This document shows, in pieces, positions 1 to 9,820 of a stretch of DNA of 27,800 nt. Origin of the DNA: a virus (lineage: Duplodnaviria > Caudoviricetes). The stretch covers positions 1 to 27,800 of IMG/VR virus record IMGVR_UViG_3300017956_005641, one strand, 5' to 3'. The notes below the pieces were generated by a model that did not search any database, had not been told where the DNA came from, and saw only the letters and a program-made list of their open reading frames with translations. The translations under genes and the position numbers were made by a program. Each line of letters opens with the position of its first letter. Position 1 is the first letter of the stretch.

Positions 1-1
1 G

Positions 2-439
2 AAAATATTAATCGCTGCACCCGACGAAAAACCCATGAAGTTCTATGGAATCGAATACGATGATTGGATCAATGAAACAATTACAGAAATTAAAAAACAT
101 ACCGACAGGCCAGTTGAAGTTAGAAAAAGAAATAAGTTAAGATTAGACAGATTAACCACAGACACATTACAAGATGCATTGGATGATGATGTATTTGCAC
201 TCGTAACTTTTAACAGTAATGCAGCAGTAGAGTCTATATTTCATGGCGTTCCAGTATTTGCATTAGCACCTCAATCAGCAGCGGCACCAGTTTCTTTAAA
301 AGATCTATCAAAAATTGAAACTCCATACTATCCGGATAGAGATAAATTATTTGAGTGGGGTTGTCACCTAGCATATGGTCAATTCCATATAAGCGAGTTA
401 CAAACAGGTAAAGCCAAAAGGATGTTGGAGGAAAGATGA
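2..439 (+). CDS. KpsS/KpsC-like (capsule polysaccharide synthesis-type) glycosyltransferase-like protein, paralog 1, 5'-truncated by the window edge
   Basis: The frame is open from base 2 (KILIAAPDEKPM...). It carries the C-terminal signature ALVTFNSNAAVESIFHGVPV...LAYGQF...E..G.A shared with four other ORFs in the window. Confidence 0.6.
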   Translation, partial: KILIAAPDEKPMKFYGIEYDDWINETITEIKKHTDRPVEVRKRNKLRLDRLTTDTLQDALDDDVFALVTFNSNAAVESIFHGVPVFALAPQSAAAPVSLKDLSKIETPYYPDRDKLFEWGCHLAYGQFHISELQTGKAKRMLEER

Positions 440-1107
440 AAGTATTTGTAGGATACGACACAAGAGAAGATATTGCATATCAAGTATGCAAACACAGTAT
501 TATAAGTAAACAGCCAAACGCAGATGTGCGTCCGTTAAAGCAACAAGAACTAAGAGATGCAGGATGGTATACTCGTCCCATTGATAAACTAGGATCTACC
601 GAATTTACATTTACACGTTTTTTAATTCCAGAACTTACAAACTTTGAGGGTTGGGCATTGTTTATGGATTGTGATATGATTCTCACAACAGACATAAAAG
701 AATTGTTTGACCAGGCAGATGACAAGTATGCCGTAATGTGTGTTCAACATGATTACAAAGTACAGGAAGGTTTTAAGATGGATGGACAAAAACAAACTGT
801 GTATCCACGTAAGAATTGGTCAAGCGTAGTATTATGGAACTGTGCCCATCCAAGCAATAAAGTTGTAACTACAGATTTAATTAATAATTCCGAAACAACT
901 GGAAAATATTTACATAGATTTGCTTGGCTTAAAGACGAAGAGATTGGCGAATTAGATCATACATGGAATTATCTAGTAGGTGTATACAACGACATCGAAA
1001 AACCCAAACTAATACACTATACCGAAGGCGGACCTTGGTTTGAAAATTATAGAAACGGTGAGTTTTCTCGTTTGTGGAAAGAAGAATTACAGGATATGAT
1101 GAAGTAA
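436..1107 (+). CDS. GT-A fold glycosyltransferase, GT8/Cdi-like
   Basis: Motifs KVFVGYD.RE, STEFTFTRF, DxD (FMDCDM), YPRKNWSS, WNYLVG and HYTEGGPW. GGAGG SD and ATGA overlap with the upstream stop. Confidence 0.8.
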   Translation: MKVFVGYDTREDIAYQVCKHSIISKQPNADVRPLKQQELRDAGWYTRPIDKLGSTEFTFTRFLIPELTNFEGWALFMDCDMILTTDIKELFDQADDKYAVMCVQHDYKVQEGFKMDGQKQTVYPRKNWSSVVLWNCAHPSNKVVTTDLINNSETTGKYLHRFAWLKDEEIGELDHTWNYLVGVYNDIEKPKLIHYTEGGPWFENYRNGEFSRLWKEELQDMMK

Positions 1108-1109
1108 TT

Positions 1110-1886
1110 ATGAAGGAATACTCTTTAGAAGAAGCACTGGTAATAGGATCAGGAAATAGACTTACTACTGATACTAATGATACTTCCAAACCCTTGGTTG
1201 TAAGAGGAGTTATTAAAAAAGACCATGTGAATAGATGCATCGAAACTGGAAGAGATTTCTATTACATTGATACTGGATATTTGGGAAACTTTCCAAGTAA
1301 AGGAAATCCAAGCGGTAAAAAAATATGGCACAGGGTGGTTAAGAACGAAAATCAACACTCAGTTATTAGAAACGTACCAAGCGATCGATGGGAAAAATTA
1401 ATTAAACAGGATCCTAGATTACAATGGAAGGGCTGGAAAAACTATAACAAAAAAATATTATTAGTAATGCCCAATCCTAAGGCTTGTAAGTATTATAATG
1501 TAAATTATGACCAATGGGTTAAAGAAACTGAAAATAAATTAAAAGAATTTAGTAATTTACCTGTGGAAGTTCGAATAAAAGGATCACGCAGTGATCGAAA
1601 TAATACATATTCGATATACGATGCACTAGATAGTGGGACTGCTATTACTGTGGCATTTAATAGTATAGCAGCATTAGAATCAGTAGCATACGGTGTTCCG
1701 GCAATAGTAAGTGTTCCTTGCTGTGCTACACCCATTGCAGAATCCGATATCTCAAATATTTCTAATCCGTTCAAACCTGATTCTAATTTAATAGAAAAAC
1801 AATGTATGAATTTAGCATACGGACAATTTACCATGGAAGAAATTTTAAATGGCATGGCATACGAACTCACAGAGAAATATTCATGA
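1110..1886 (+). CDS. KpsS/KpsC-like glycosyltransferase-like protein, paralog 2
   Basis: Motifs YYIDTGY, WHRVVKN, AFNSIAALESVAYGVPAI and LAYGQFTMEE. Start moved from 1074 to ATG 1110, just after the upstream stop. Confidence 0.6.
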   Translation: MKEYSLEEALVIGSGNRLTTDTNDTSKPLVVRGVIKKDHVNRCIETGRDFYYIDTGYLGNFPSKGNPSGKKIWHRVVKNENQHSVIRNVPSDRWEKLIKQDPRLQWKGWKNYNKKILLVMPNPKACKYYNVNYDQWVKETENKLKEFSNLPVEVRIKGSRSDRNNTYSIYDALDSGTAITVAFNSIAALESVAYGVPAIVSVPCCATPIAESDISNISNPFKPDSNLIEKQCMNLAYGQFTMEEILNGMAYELTEKYS

Positions 1887-3016
1887 AACTACTTTTAAAC
1901 GATAAAGAAATTGCAAATTTTTTACATAGCCTTGTTGATACACATCGAGATGCAAAGAAGCAACCTGTACCTGAGGATAATCTAAACTATGTAAAGCAAT
2001 TATTCATAGAAAAAGAAGTTGCAAGGAAATTAGATAATAAAAAAGTTTATGTAAAGCCAAAAGACTCTTGGGATGATAACACTAAACAAAAATTCTATAA
2101 CAAATTAAAAAAAGCAATAACCAAGGACATGGAGAACTATTATTCTTACATGAGAAATTGGTTAAAGGAAAAGAAGAATAGTGACTTTAATACAATACAT
2201 AAAAACCTTGAAAAAATTATTAATAAAATAGGGTTAGAAACTATATTTGAAAATTATAAAAAAAGCAAATATAAAAATTTTGTTAAGGGAACAGGTTTAA
2301 GTTTAGACTCTAACGGAACGTTTATAAGAAGAAAAGATTTTATTTCCTATGATCAGGATTGTTTAATTAGAAATACTGTAGGTAACGAAGAACTTTTAGT
2401 TACTAAAATAGATAACAATTATCCGTTCTGGTTTATAGATAGTGGTTATACAAACTTTCTTGAGCCTAACAAAAAATGGCACAGGCTGGTAAGAAACCAT
2501 TTACATTACGGAGAGTATTTTGATGCGCCAGTATCTAGGTTAGAAAATTTTGTCAAGTTTCCAGTTCCGTGGAGAAAGAACGGTGATACTATATACATCA
2601 TAGAACCAGGTCCGTTTGCTGCAAGTATTTTTCATTGCGATTTAAAAACTTGGAAGTATGATGTAGAAGCAGAATTAAGGAAGCATACAGATAAGCCTAT
2701 CAAATTTAGAGAAAAAGCACCTTTAGATCAAAGAACTAATTTATTTAAGGAACTACTTAATGAGGATTACTATTGTGTTATAAGCATTAATTCTAATGCA
2801 GCAACTGAAGCAATTTGGGCAGGTATTCCGGCAATTACATTAGGAAAACATATTACTAATCCCATCACAAAAAACAGTCTTTCTGATATCAATGATCTAT
2901 ATTATGGAAAAATTACCGACTGGCTTTGTATGTTAAGTTACAGTCAATTCACAAAAGAAGAATTAATGAACGGAACAGCAAAACGTATTATAGAGAAATA
3001 TCATGTCAAAATTTAA
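1883..3016 (+). CDS. KpsS/KpsC-like glycosyltransferase-like protein, paralog 3, with Lys-rich N-terminal extension
   Basis: Motifs WFIDSGY, WHRLVRN, SINSNAATEAIWAGIPAI and LSYSQFTKEE. The ATGA overlap at 1883-1886 supports this start over 1802. Confidence 0.6.
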   Translation: MKLLLNDKEIANFLHSLVDTHRDAKKQPVPEDNLNYVKQLFIEKEVARKLDNKKVYVKPKDSWDDNTKQKFYNKLKKAITKDMENYYSYMRNWLKEKKNSDFNTIHKNLEKIINKIGLETIFENYKKSKYKNFVKGTGLSLDSNGTFIRRKDFISYDQDCLIRNTVGNEELLVTKIDNNYPFWFIDSGYTNFLEPNKKWHRLVRNHLHYGEYFDAPVSRLENFVKFPVPWRKNGDTIYIIEPGPFAASIFHCDLKTWKYDVEAELRKHTDKPIKFREKAPLDQRTNLFKELLNEDYYCVISINSNAATEAIWAGIPAITLGKHITNPITKNSLSDINDLYYGKITDWLCMLSYSQFTKEELMNGTAKRIIEKYHVKI

Positions 3017-3938
3017 AGCAGTTGCATACTATGGTGGAATTCCGCCGAATAATAATAATCCAGAAAAACCTTTAATTCTAGATAACTTTCTACAGGGCGT
3101 AAGAGCCTCCGGAGATGAAGGAATTGATCACAGAGGTATGAATGCTATTCCTTGTGATGTAGCATTTATACAAGGATTCGTGCATGAGGACGGAAAGAAA
3201 GGAGTTCCGCATTTAACTCTAAGACAAAACGCAATTGATATGCAAAAACAAAACGGAAAGCGTTCTTTGATAGTCGATAGTAACTTATTTTTATTTGCAG
3301 ACCCGGGAAATACAAAAACATATTTAAGATATAGTTTTGATGGAGTTTTCCCTACGACTGGTTTTTACTTTGATACCGATATTGATCCGTTACGATGGAA
3401 AAAAATTAGTAATAATTTAGGCCTTTCTCTTAAACCATGGAGAACACAAGGAACTCACATATTAATATGCTGCCAAAGAAACGGTGGATGGAGTATGAAA
3501 GGATTATCCGTTAATCAATGGTTACTAGAAACTGTTGCAAAAGTAAGATCTTTTTCTGACAGACCAATTGTTATTCGAGTCCATCCTGGAGATAAAAAAT
3601 GGCAGAGATGGTTTGATCAAAGCATATTTAAAAAATACAAACACGTTACATTAAGTAAAAATCATATTAGGCAAGATCTTAATAATGCTTGGGCATCAAT
3701 TGTTTATAACAGTTCTCCTAGTATTGCTAGTGTGATTGATGGAATTCCAACATTTGTTACAGATCCGCAAGTTGATATAAGTCAATCGTTCGGAGTGTGT
3801 AATACAAATCTTAAAAGACTCGAGGATCCAAAAATGTTTGAAAGACAGGAATGGATAGAAAAATTATCAATGTGCCATTGGAATTTTGATGAGTTGCGTT
3901 CCGGTGAAGCATGGCAGTTTTTTAGAAAGTTTATTTAA
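3003..3938 (+). CDS. KpsS/KpsC-like glycosyltransferase-like protein, paralog 4
   Basis: Motifs ILICCQR, IVIRVHPGD (HP motif), YNSSPSIASVIDGIP and HWNFDELRSG. Confidence 0.6.
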   Translation: MSKFKAVAYYGGIPPNNNNPEKPLILDNFLQGVRASGDEGIDHRGMNAIPCDVAFIQGFVHEDGKKGVPHLTLRQNAIDMQKQNGKRSLIVDSNLFLFADPGNTKTYLRYSFDGVFPTTGFYFDTDIDPLRWKKISNNLGLSLKPWRTQGTHILICCQRNGGWSMKGLSVNQWLLETVAKVRSFSDRPIVIRVHPGDKKWQRWFDQSIFKKYKHVTLSKNHIRQDLNNAWASIVYNSSPSIASVIDGIPTFVTDPQVDISQSFGVCNTNLKRLEDPKMFERQEWIEKLSMCHWNFDELRSGEAWQFFRKFI

Positions 3939-4779
3939 ACTGTTGCCAATAAGGTTCTGGTCTAGGAACTTTTAAATCATCTCTTTTACTTTTACCTAAC
4001 TGCTTTCTTCCACCTTTAAGGTGATCTAAGTATGCGCCCCATTCGCAATTTATAAGAGGATGACCTTCACCGCTAGACATACCAGGTCGTGGTCTTAAAT
4101 CGTGTAAAGATGCTGCCCAGTCATACTGTTTAAGATTAGGAAATCTCTGCCTGACAACATCAAATACAAAACTGTCATGCCATTCAATCATTGAGAATAT
4201 TCCGCCTTGGCCTTCCGCATCATCGTATACCCTTTGAAATTCTGTTAGAAAGTCTTTGGTGCTTTGTGATTCCATGTTCATAGCATAAAGTCCACACTCT
4301 GAATATTTTCCTTTTCTTCCTAAGTAACAAAGTTCCTGTTTGCCAGGAAGTAATCCATTTAATTGCTTTGAATTTATAGGACTATGACAGAAAGTGTCTG
4401 CATCCATCCACATTAACCACTTTGTATTACATTCTGTTGCACATGAAAAAATGCTATATACCTTGTGTGCAAATCTTATAGCATGCCATTTAAAACCCTT
4501 GCCTGAATCTTTTCTTTTACTTCTTATAGGATCGGAACTAACATCTCCGTTGGCCTTAGGAACATTTTTCCATCTCTCTTTAAAAGCAACAAGCTCAGGA
4601 CTTGCTTGATGAAGATCCTTTACGATTAAATTAGGTGCAGATTCTTGTACCACACAATCTTCGGCATATACATAAAGTTTTACCTCTGCAGGCCAATTTC
4701 TTAAAAAGGATTCAATCATCCTTTTTCCGTATTGTTCATATCCTTGTTTATGAAAAGTTGTTACTACAGTTATACTCAC
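3931..4779 (-). CDS. GT-A fold nucleotide-diphospho-sugar transferase
   Basis: Motifs TVVTTF, RFAHKVY, DxD (WMDADT), EWHDSFVFD and DHLKG. The GTG start overlaps the upstream TGA. Confidence 0.7.
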   Translation of the reverse strand: MSITVVTTFHKQGYEQYGKRMIESFLRNWPAEVKLYVYAEDCVVQESAPNLIVKDLHQASPELVAFKERWKNVPKANGDVSSDPIRSKRKDSGKGFKWHAIRFAHKVYSIFSCATECNTKWLMWMDADTFCHSPINSKQLNGLLPGKQELCYLGRKGKYSECGLYAMNMESQSTKDFLTEFQRVYDDAEGQGGIFSMIEWHDSFVFDVVRQRFPNLKQYDWAASLHDLRPRPGMSSGEGHPLINCEWGAYLDHLKGGRKQLGKSKRDDLKVPRPEPYWQQFK

Positions 4780-5174
4780 TTTAATCTACTCCATTGATGA
4801 CACCAACCTAGTTGTGCTATTGCTTTATATCCTATCTGATATAACAATTTACTTTCAGTTCTAGGAATTACTTCTTCGCCTTCTATAAAAATATCTGGCT
4901 CAACTTTAGTTAATAATGGCGATAGTTGATCCATTATATGTAATTTATCTAAATCTATAAAAATGGCTGTAACGTCTCTTAAATCAAAAGTGCTTTCGAT
5001 AGTTTTTCTAGAAATTAAATTTCTTGCTTTAGTTTCTATATCAGTTTCATAAACAAATACTGTATTGAACATTCCAAGCAAATTATCAAAGTTTCCGAAC
5101 CCATTACCGACTACTAGGCAGTCAATTGGAACTTTTTTTACGTTTTTTGATATTCTTTTTTTAAATTTATCCAT
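4776..5174 (-). CDS. hypothetical protein, possibly a degenerate Rossmann/methyltransferase-like fold
   Basis: 132-aa ORF translationally coupled to the downstream GT, with the Gly-rich strand-loop CLVVGNGFG and AIFID. Confidence 0.55.
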   Translation of the reverse strand: MDKFKKRISKNVKKVPIDCLVVGNGFGNFDNLLGMFNTVFVYETDIETKARNLISRKTIESTFDLRDVTAIFIDLDKLHIMDQLSPLLTKVEPDIFIEGEEVIPRTESKLLYQIGYKAIAQLGWCHQWSRLK

Positions 5175-5184
5175 TGTAAACCAT

Positions 5185-5203
5185 TAAATACTACTATATT
5201 TAT
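5185..5203. promoter_or_regulatory. divergent pair of TAAATA late-promoter-like motifs
   Basis: TAAATA at 5185-5190 (+) and ATAAATA on the minus strand at 5197-5203, in the 39-bp gap between divergent genes. Confidence 0.45.
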
Positions 5204-5213
5204 TGGAGAGAAC

Positions 5214-6071
5214 ATGCGGTTCAAACTTTTCAGAGAGCACGGTGCATTAAACAGTCCTGACATTTTCAATGCATTTGAGCAAGGACTCAAGCACACAGGC
5301 CACGAAGTTGTTAGCGATAATGAAGATGTAGCAGTGATCTGGTCAGTGCTATGGAACGGACGTATGCTACCTAATAAGTTAATTTTTGAAAATGCTAGAA
5401 AGAATAACAAGCCTATTGTAATTATAGAAGTAGGAAATTTAAAGAGAAACATAACATGGAGAATATGTTTAAATCATATACACGGATTAGGAACATTCGG
5501 AAACGATAGTAACCTAGATATCGATCGTCCTGCAGACTTAGGAATATATCTTAAAGAAGAAAACAAATATAGATCAAAAAGTATACTAATTGCAACACAG
5601 CATTCTAAGAGTTTACAATGGGAAGGCATGCCCTCTACGGATGCTTGGGTGTATTCTGTTGTTGAAAAGATAAGAGAAAAAACTGATCAGACGATAGTTT
5701 TACGTCCACATCCCAGATCGCCAATGCCTGGAATAGAACACGAATTCAAAAATGTAATAAGACAAAATCTAATAAAGGTGAATGGTACCTATGATGACTT
5801 TGATATACGATACGATTATCATTGTGTAATTAATCATAACAGTGGAGTTCCAATCCATGCTGCTATTGCAGGAACTCCAGTAATATGCGATTCGAGCAGT
5901 TTGGCATATCCCGTATCTGACACGTTCGAAAATATTTTAAATCCTGTATTGCCCGATAGGCAGGAATGGCTAGTAAAGGTAGCGCATACCGAGTGGACCG
6001 TGGAAGAAATTGCCAAGGGCATCCCCATTAAAAGATTAGAAAATCATATTTTAGCACAACTAAACTCTTGA
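5214..6071 (+). CDS. KpsS/KpsC-like glycosyltransferase-like protein, paralog 5
   Basis: GGAG SD. Motifs IIEVG, ILIATQH, VLRPHPRS (HP motif), NHNSGVPIHAAIAGTPV and TEWTVEEIAKG. Confidence 0.62.
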   Translation: MRFKLFREHGALNSPDIFNAFEQGLKHTGHEVVSDNEDVAVIWSVLWNGRMLPNKLIFENARKNNKPIVIIEVGNLKRNITWRICLNHIHGLGTFGNDSNLDIDRPADLGIYLKEENKYRSKSILIATQHSKSLQWEGMPSTDAWVYSVVEKIREKTDQTIVLRPHPRSPMPGIEHEFKNVIRQNLIKVNGTYDDFDIRYDYHCVINHNSGVPIHAAIAGTPVICDSSSLAYPVSDTFENILNPVLPDRQEWLVKVAHTEWTVEEIAKGIPIKRLENHILAQLNS

Positions 6072-6096
6072 TTTTTGTTAACAGAGAACGTATAAT
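6068..6096 (+). promoter_or_regulatory. sigma70-type promoter
   Basis: TTGATT (6068-6073), 17-nt spacer, TATAAT (6091-6096). The ATG lies 6 nt downstream. Confidence 0.65.
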
Positions 6097-6102
6097 AAGA
6101 CA

Positions 6103-7284
6103 ATGAAAGAGCCATTCTACATTGAAGATATATTTTTGAAATTTTTCGAAACGATGTCGACGAATAGAATTTTTATGCAGCCTAATGATAGAAGTGCTGC
6201 TGTAAGTTTCTATACCAGTCTAAACTCTAACACATTGTTAACAGAGAATCAAGCAAAGTACATACTTAGAATACTAACGAAGTACAGAAACACCTGCCAG
6301 CCATATTATGATTTTATAATTCATTTAGAAGAGCCTCAGTGGAAAAATTCTTTTAGAGTTATAGATCAATCAAAAAAAGTTTGGGTTGAAAAGGACGGTA
6401 AGGAATTATGGTTATGTTTTAAATTTCCATTTCAACTGAAAGAGTACTTTGATAAAGAAATTGCCTTGCAACAAGGCTGGGGTTCACACACAGGCATGTG
6501 GGACAGAGAAAGAAAAATTAGAAAGTTAAAATTTTACGAATACAATCTAATGTCTATATTTGAATTCTGTAAAGAAAAAGAGTTTGAGATCGAAGAATCA
6601 TTCATGGAAGCATTATCAAACGTCGAAGAAATTTGGCAGAATCAAAAAATTCACCAGAAAAGATCAACAGTTCGAGAGGATCAAGTAATACTAAGGAATG
6701 CTCCAGAAGATGCATTAGATTATTTTGAAAAACACAGAGCAAACAAGATATCTGCAGATTTAATATTAGCAAAGAATATGGGATATCTATATGAAGAAAT
6801 TCCAAACAATATTTTTGAAAAGATTGCAAATGCCAACAGCAATCGTTTTTTTGCTAAGGATATAAAACAATTTTTAGAACTAGCATACGGTGTTCAGGGT
6901 AAAATATTAATAATTTTAGAAAGAGGAGAGCGTGCAGAAGATTGGATTAAGCATCTTGCCTATGAAATAGAAAAACACAATTATGATAAGACCGATTTCA
7001 GAGTTTGCTTTAGATCAAGCAACAAAGAAAATCCAGATTTTAATAAATGGGTCAATCAAAACGGTTTTGGTGGAAAAATAAAGGACGCAAAGTTCCTAAT
7101 CTTCCAACAAAAGCCAGCAAAGTGGTTGTTCAAAGACGTAAATGATGTTATAATAGTTGCTACAAATGAATTATTACCAGGTATGAATTCTACAGCAAGG
7201 GCGATGTTTAACAATCACCCGTGTGTTGTTTTTATTGGTGAATACAAACCTGTTAAAGATAAGGAAGATATAGTTGAACTGTAA
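6103..7284 (+). CDS. hypothetical phage protein (393 aa) co-transcribed with the SF2 helicase
   Basis: Long ORF directly behind a promoter and overlapping the helicase start. No recognisable catalytic motif. Confidence 0.75.
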   Translation: MKEPFYIEDIFLKFFETMSTNRIFMQPNDRSAAVSFYTSLNSNTLLTENQAKYILRILTKYRNTCQPYYDFIIHLEEPQWKNSFRVIDQSKKVWVEKDGKELWLCFKFPFQLKEYFDKEIALQQGWGSHTGMWDRERKIRKLKFYEYNLMSIFEFCKEKEFEIEESFMEALSNVEEIWQNQKIHQKRSTVREDQVILRNAPEDALDYFEKHRANKISADLILAKNMGYLYEEIPNNIFEKIANANSNRFFAKDIKQFLELAYGVQGKILIILERGERAEDWIKHLAYEIEKHNYDKTDFRVCFRSSNKENPDFNKWVNQNGFGGKIKDAKFLIFQQKPAKWLFKDVNDVIIVATNELLPGMNSTARAMFNNHPCVVFIGEYKPVKDKEDIVEL

Positions 7285-8725
7285 ACTTATTATAAAAGAC
7301 GAAGTAAACATTAAGTTCGAAGGACTTGCTGTCGAGACTAGAAGGAAGATCGCTAATAAATTAAAATACGATCTTCCTTATGCACGACACATGCCGGCTT
7401 TTAAACTAGGCCGTTGGGACGGAACTGTGAGTTTCTTTGGTATTGGAGGAAATGGTTTCTTAGCACACCTTGATGTTGCACTTCCTATAGTTGAAAATGA
7501 TGGATATGATATCGAAGTAATAGATCAACGAGAGCATCACAAATTTGACTTTAATAAAATCGACGAAAACTATTGGGCCGACAAAGGAAAAGTTTGGCCG
7601 AAAGGTCACCAACAAGCAGGACAACCTATAGTGCTGCGTGATTATCAATATGACGTTGTTAATCAATTTTTAGAAAATCCACAATCGTTACAGGAGGTTG
7701 CAACTGGTGCTGGTAAGACTATTACGACTGCTACCCTTTCGCATTTATGTGAGCCTTATGGCCGCACAATGGTCATTGTACCAAACAAGAGTCTTGTTGT
7801 ACAAACTGAAGAAGATTACAAAAATTTAGGACTTGATGTAGGAGTTTACTTTGGTGATAGAAAGGAACTAGATCATACCCATACAATTTGTACATGGCAA
7901 AGTCTTAACGTTCTTGATAAGAAAAGTTATGATGGCGATAGTTTAACGCTTGCAGAATTTACGGAAGGTGTGAGAGCAATTATAATTGATGAAGTACACC
8001 AAGCAAAGGCTGATGTTCTTAAAAAACTACTCACAGTAAACTTTAGAAATGCACCCATACGCTGGGGATTAACAGGAACCGTTCCTAAGGAAAAGTGGGA
8101 ATTTCAAGGCATACTAGCCAGTATCGGTCCTGTAATTAATAATGTATCAGCACACGACTTACAGGAAAAAGGCGTGTTGGCAAAATTAGATATACAAATT
8201 TTACAAACAAAAGATATTGAAGAATTTAGAAGTTACCAAGAAGAATATACTTGGCTTGTTACCGATTCAAAGAGATTAAAGTATATTAGCAATCATATTT
8301 CTAGTGTTGCAAAAAACGGTAATACACTTGTACTAGTTAATAGAATCGATACAGGTAATAAACTATTAAAAAATATTCCAGAAGCAACGTTTATCAAAGG
8401 CGATGTAAAACTAGACGATAGAAAAGAACAATATGACGAAATTAAAACATCTGACGGAAAGATTATTATTGCTACTTATGGGGTTGCCGCTGTTGGCATT
8501 AATATTCCTCGTATTTTTAATTTGGTTCTTATTGAACCCGGAAAAAGTTTTGTCCGTGTTATTCAAAGCATTGGGCGCGGAATAAGAAAAGCAGAAGACA
8601 AAGATTTTGTACAAATTTGGGATATTACTTCTACCTGCAAGTATGCAAAAAGGCATCTAACAGAACGAAAACGATTTTATAAAGAAGCAAAGTATCCACA
8701 TACGGTAACAAAGGTAGATATATGA
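7274..8725 (+). CDS. uvsW: UvsW-like superfamily 2 DNA helicase
   Basis: Q motif LRDYQ, Walker A ATGAGKT, DEVH, motif III GLTGT and motif VI QSIGRGIR. The N-terminal WDG motif is as in T4 UvsW-like proteins. TTG start with AAGGA SD. Confidence 0.85.
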   Translation: MNCKLIIKDEVNIKFEGLAVETRRKIANKLKYDLPYARHMPAFKLGRWDGTVSFFGIGGNGFLAHLDVALPIVENDGYDIEVIDQREHHKFDFNKIDENYWADKGKVWPKGHQQAGQPIVLRDYQYDVVNQFLENPQSLQEVATGAGKTITTATLSHLCEPYGRTMVIVPNKSLVVQTEEDYKNLGLDVGVYFGDRKELDHTHTICTWQSLNVLDKKSYDGDSLTLAEFTEGVRAIIIDEVHQAKADVLKKLLTVNFRNAPIRWGLTGTVPKEKWEFQGILASIGPVINNVSAHDLQEKGVLAKLDIQILQTKDIEEFRSYQEEYTWLVTDSKRLKYISNHISSVAKNGNTLVLVNRIDTGNKLLKNIPEATFIKGDVKLDDRKEQYDEIKTSDGKIIIATYGVAAVGINIPRIFNLVLIEPGKSFVRVIQSIGRGIRKAEDKDFVQIWDITSTCKYAKRHLTERKRFYKEAKYPHTVTKVDI

Positions 8726-9294
8726 GTGAAGTTAAAATAGACGATTGGGCAATGCCTAAAATAAAAAATTTTCGTACTTACATTGATATAGGTGCAAGTA
8801 ACGGAAAAACATCGTTTCCTTACGTTAACAAGTTTAAAAGAATTATTTGTTTTGAACCCAATCCTAAGAGCTTTGTAGAACTTTCTAGTAATGAACGTCT
8901 GGAATGTCATAACATTGCATTGGGTGATATTGAGGAAATTAAAACACTGATTGTAAACAGCGAAACACAAAATCCAGAACACGGATCTATTTCTGAAATA
9001 AGAAATAAAGACTGGACCGACGGAGAAAAGTTTGAAGTTCAAGTAAAAAGATTAGATGACTATAAGTTTTTTGATGATGTTGATTTTATAAAAATTGACA
9101 CAGAACAATACGAGCTTAACGTAATTAAAGGTGCTGTAAAAACTTTAAAAAAGAACAGACCAACAATTATGTTTGAAAATAAAAGAAACGAAGCAGATGA
9201 AGCAATTATATTTTTGTTAGACTTAGGGTTTACTGTTAAAAAATATAAGAGTGATACAATTGCTTTTTATGAGGACAATAATGAAAGTAATTAA
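8722..9294 (+). CDS. FkbM-family SAM methyltransferase
   Basis: Motifs IDIGASNG, ICFEPNP, NIALG, RLDD, DFIKIDTE and P.IMFE. Confidence 0.85.
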   Translation: MSEVKIDDWAMPKIKNFRTYIDIGASNGKTSFPYVNKFKRIICFEPNPKSFVELSSNERLECHNIALGDIEEIKTLIVNSETQNPEHGSISEIRNKDWTDGEKFEVQVKRLDDYKFFDDVDFIKIDTEQYELNVIKGAVKTLKKNRPTIMFENKRNEADEAIIFLLDLGFTVKKYKSDTIAFYEDNNESN

Positions 9295-9820
9295 TGACGA
9301 AAAGTTAGATCTGATAGTAAAGTATACATCAGAAACTAGCGGAACAAGAGAACATTTTCTAAGTGACATCGTTAAAAATAATAATCTTAAACTAGGTGCA
9401 GAAATTGGAGTTCGAACAGGAAAAACAACATTTCATATTCTAGACAATAATCCTATGTGCGAAATGTATGCCATAGACAAAGATATTACACAATTTTTTA
9501 ATGATACGGTTAAGGAGAAATACGGACATAGGTTAAAAACATACGAAACCGATAGTAGAGTATCTCCGGACTTTGTTGCTGATAATAGTTTAGATTTTTT
9601 CTTTATAGATGCTTCGCATACTTACAAAAATGTAAGAAAAGATTTAATTGCCTGGATGCCTAAACTAAAACATGATGGTTGGATGATGGGACACGACATA
9701 GATTATCCTTCCGTTGAAAAAGCGGTTATGGATGTTATTGGATTTTATGAAGTAGGACCCGATAATGTTTGGATAGCCAGACATGAAAAAACATATCCAG
9801 GATTACAGGAGAACCAATGA
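9281..9820 (+). CDS. class I SAM methyltransferase (Methyltransf_24-like)
   Basis: Motifs GAEIGVRTG, AID, DFFFIDASHTY and GWMMGHD. GAGGA SD before ATG 9281. Confidence 0.82.
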   Translation: MKVINDEKLDLIVKYTSETSGTREHFLSDIVKNNNLKLGAEIGVRTGKTTFHILDNNPMCEMYAIDKDITQFFNDTVKEKYGHRLKTYETDSRVSPDFVADNSLDFFFIDASHTYKNVRKDLIAWMPKLKHDGWMMGHDIDYPSVEKAVMDVIGFYEVGPDNVWIARHEKTYPGLQENQ

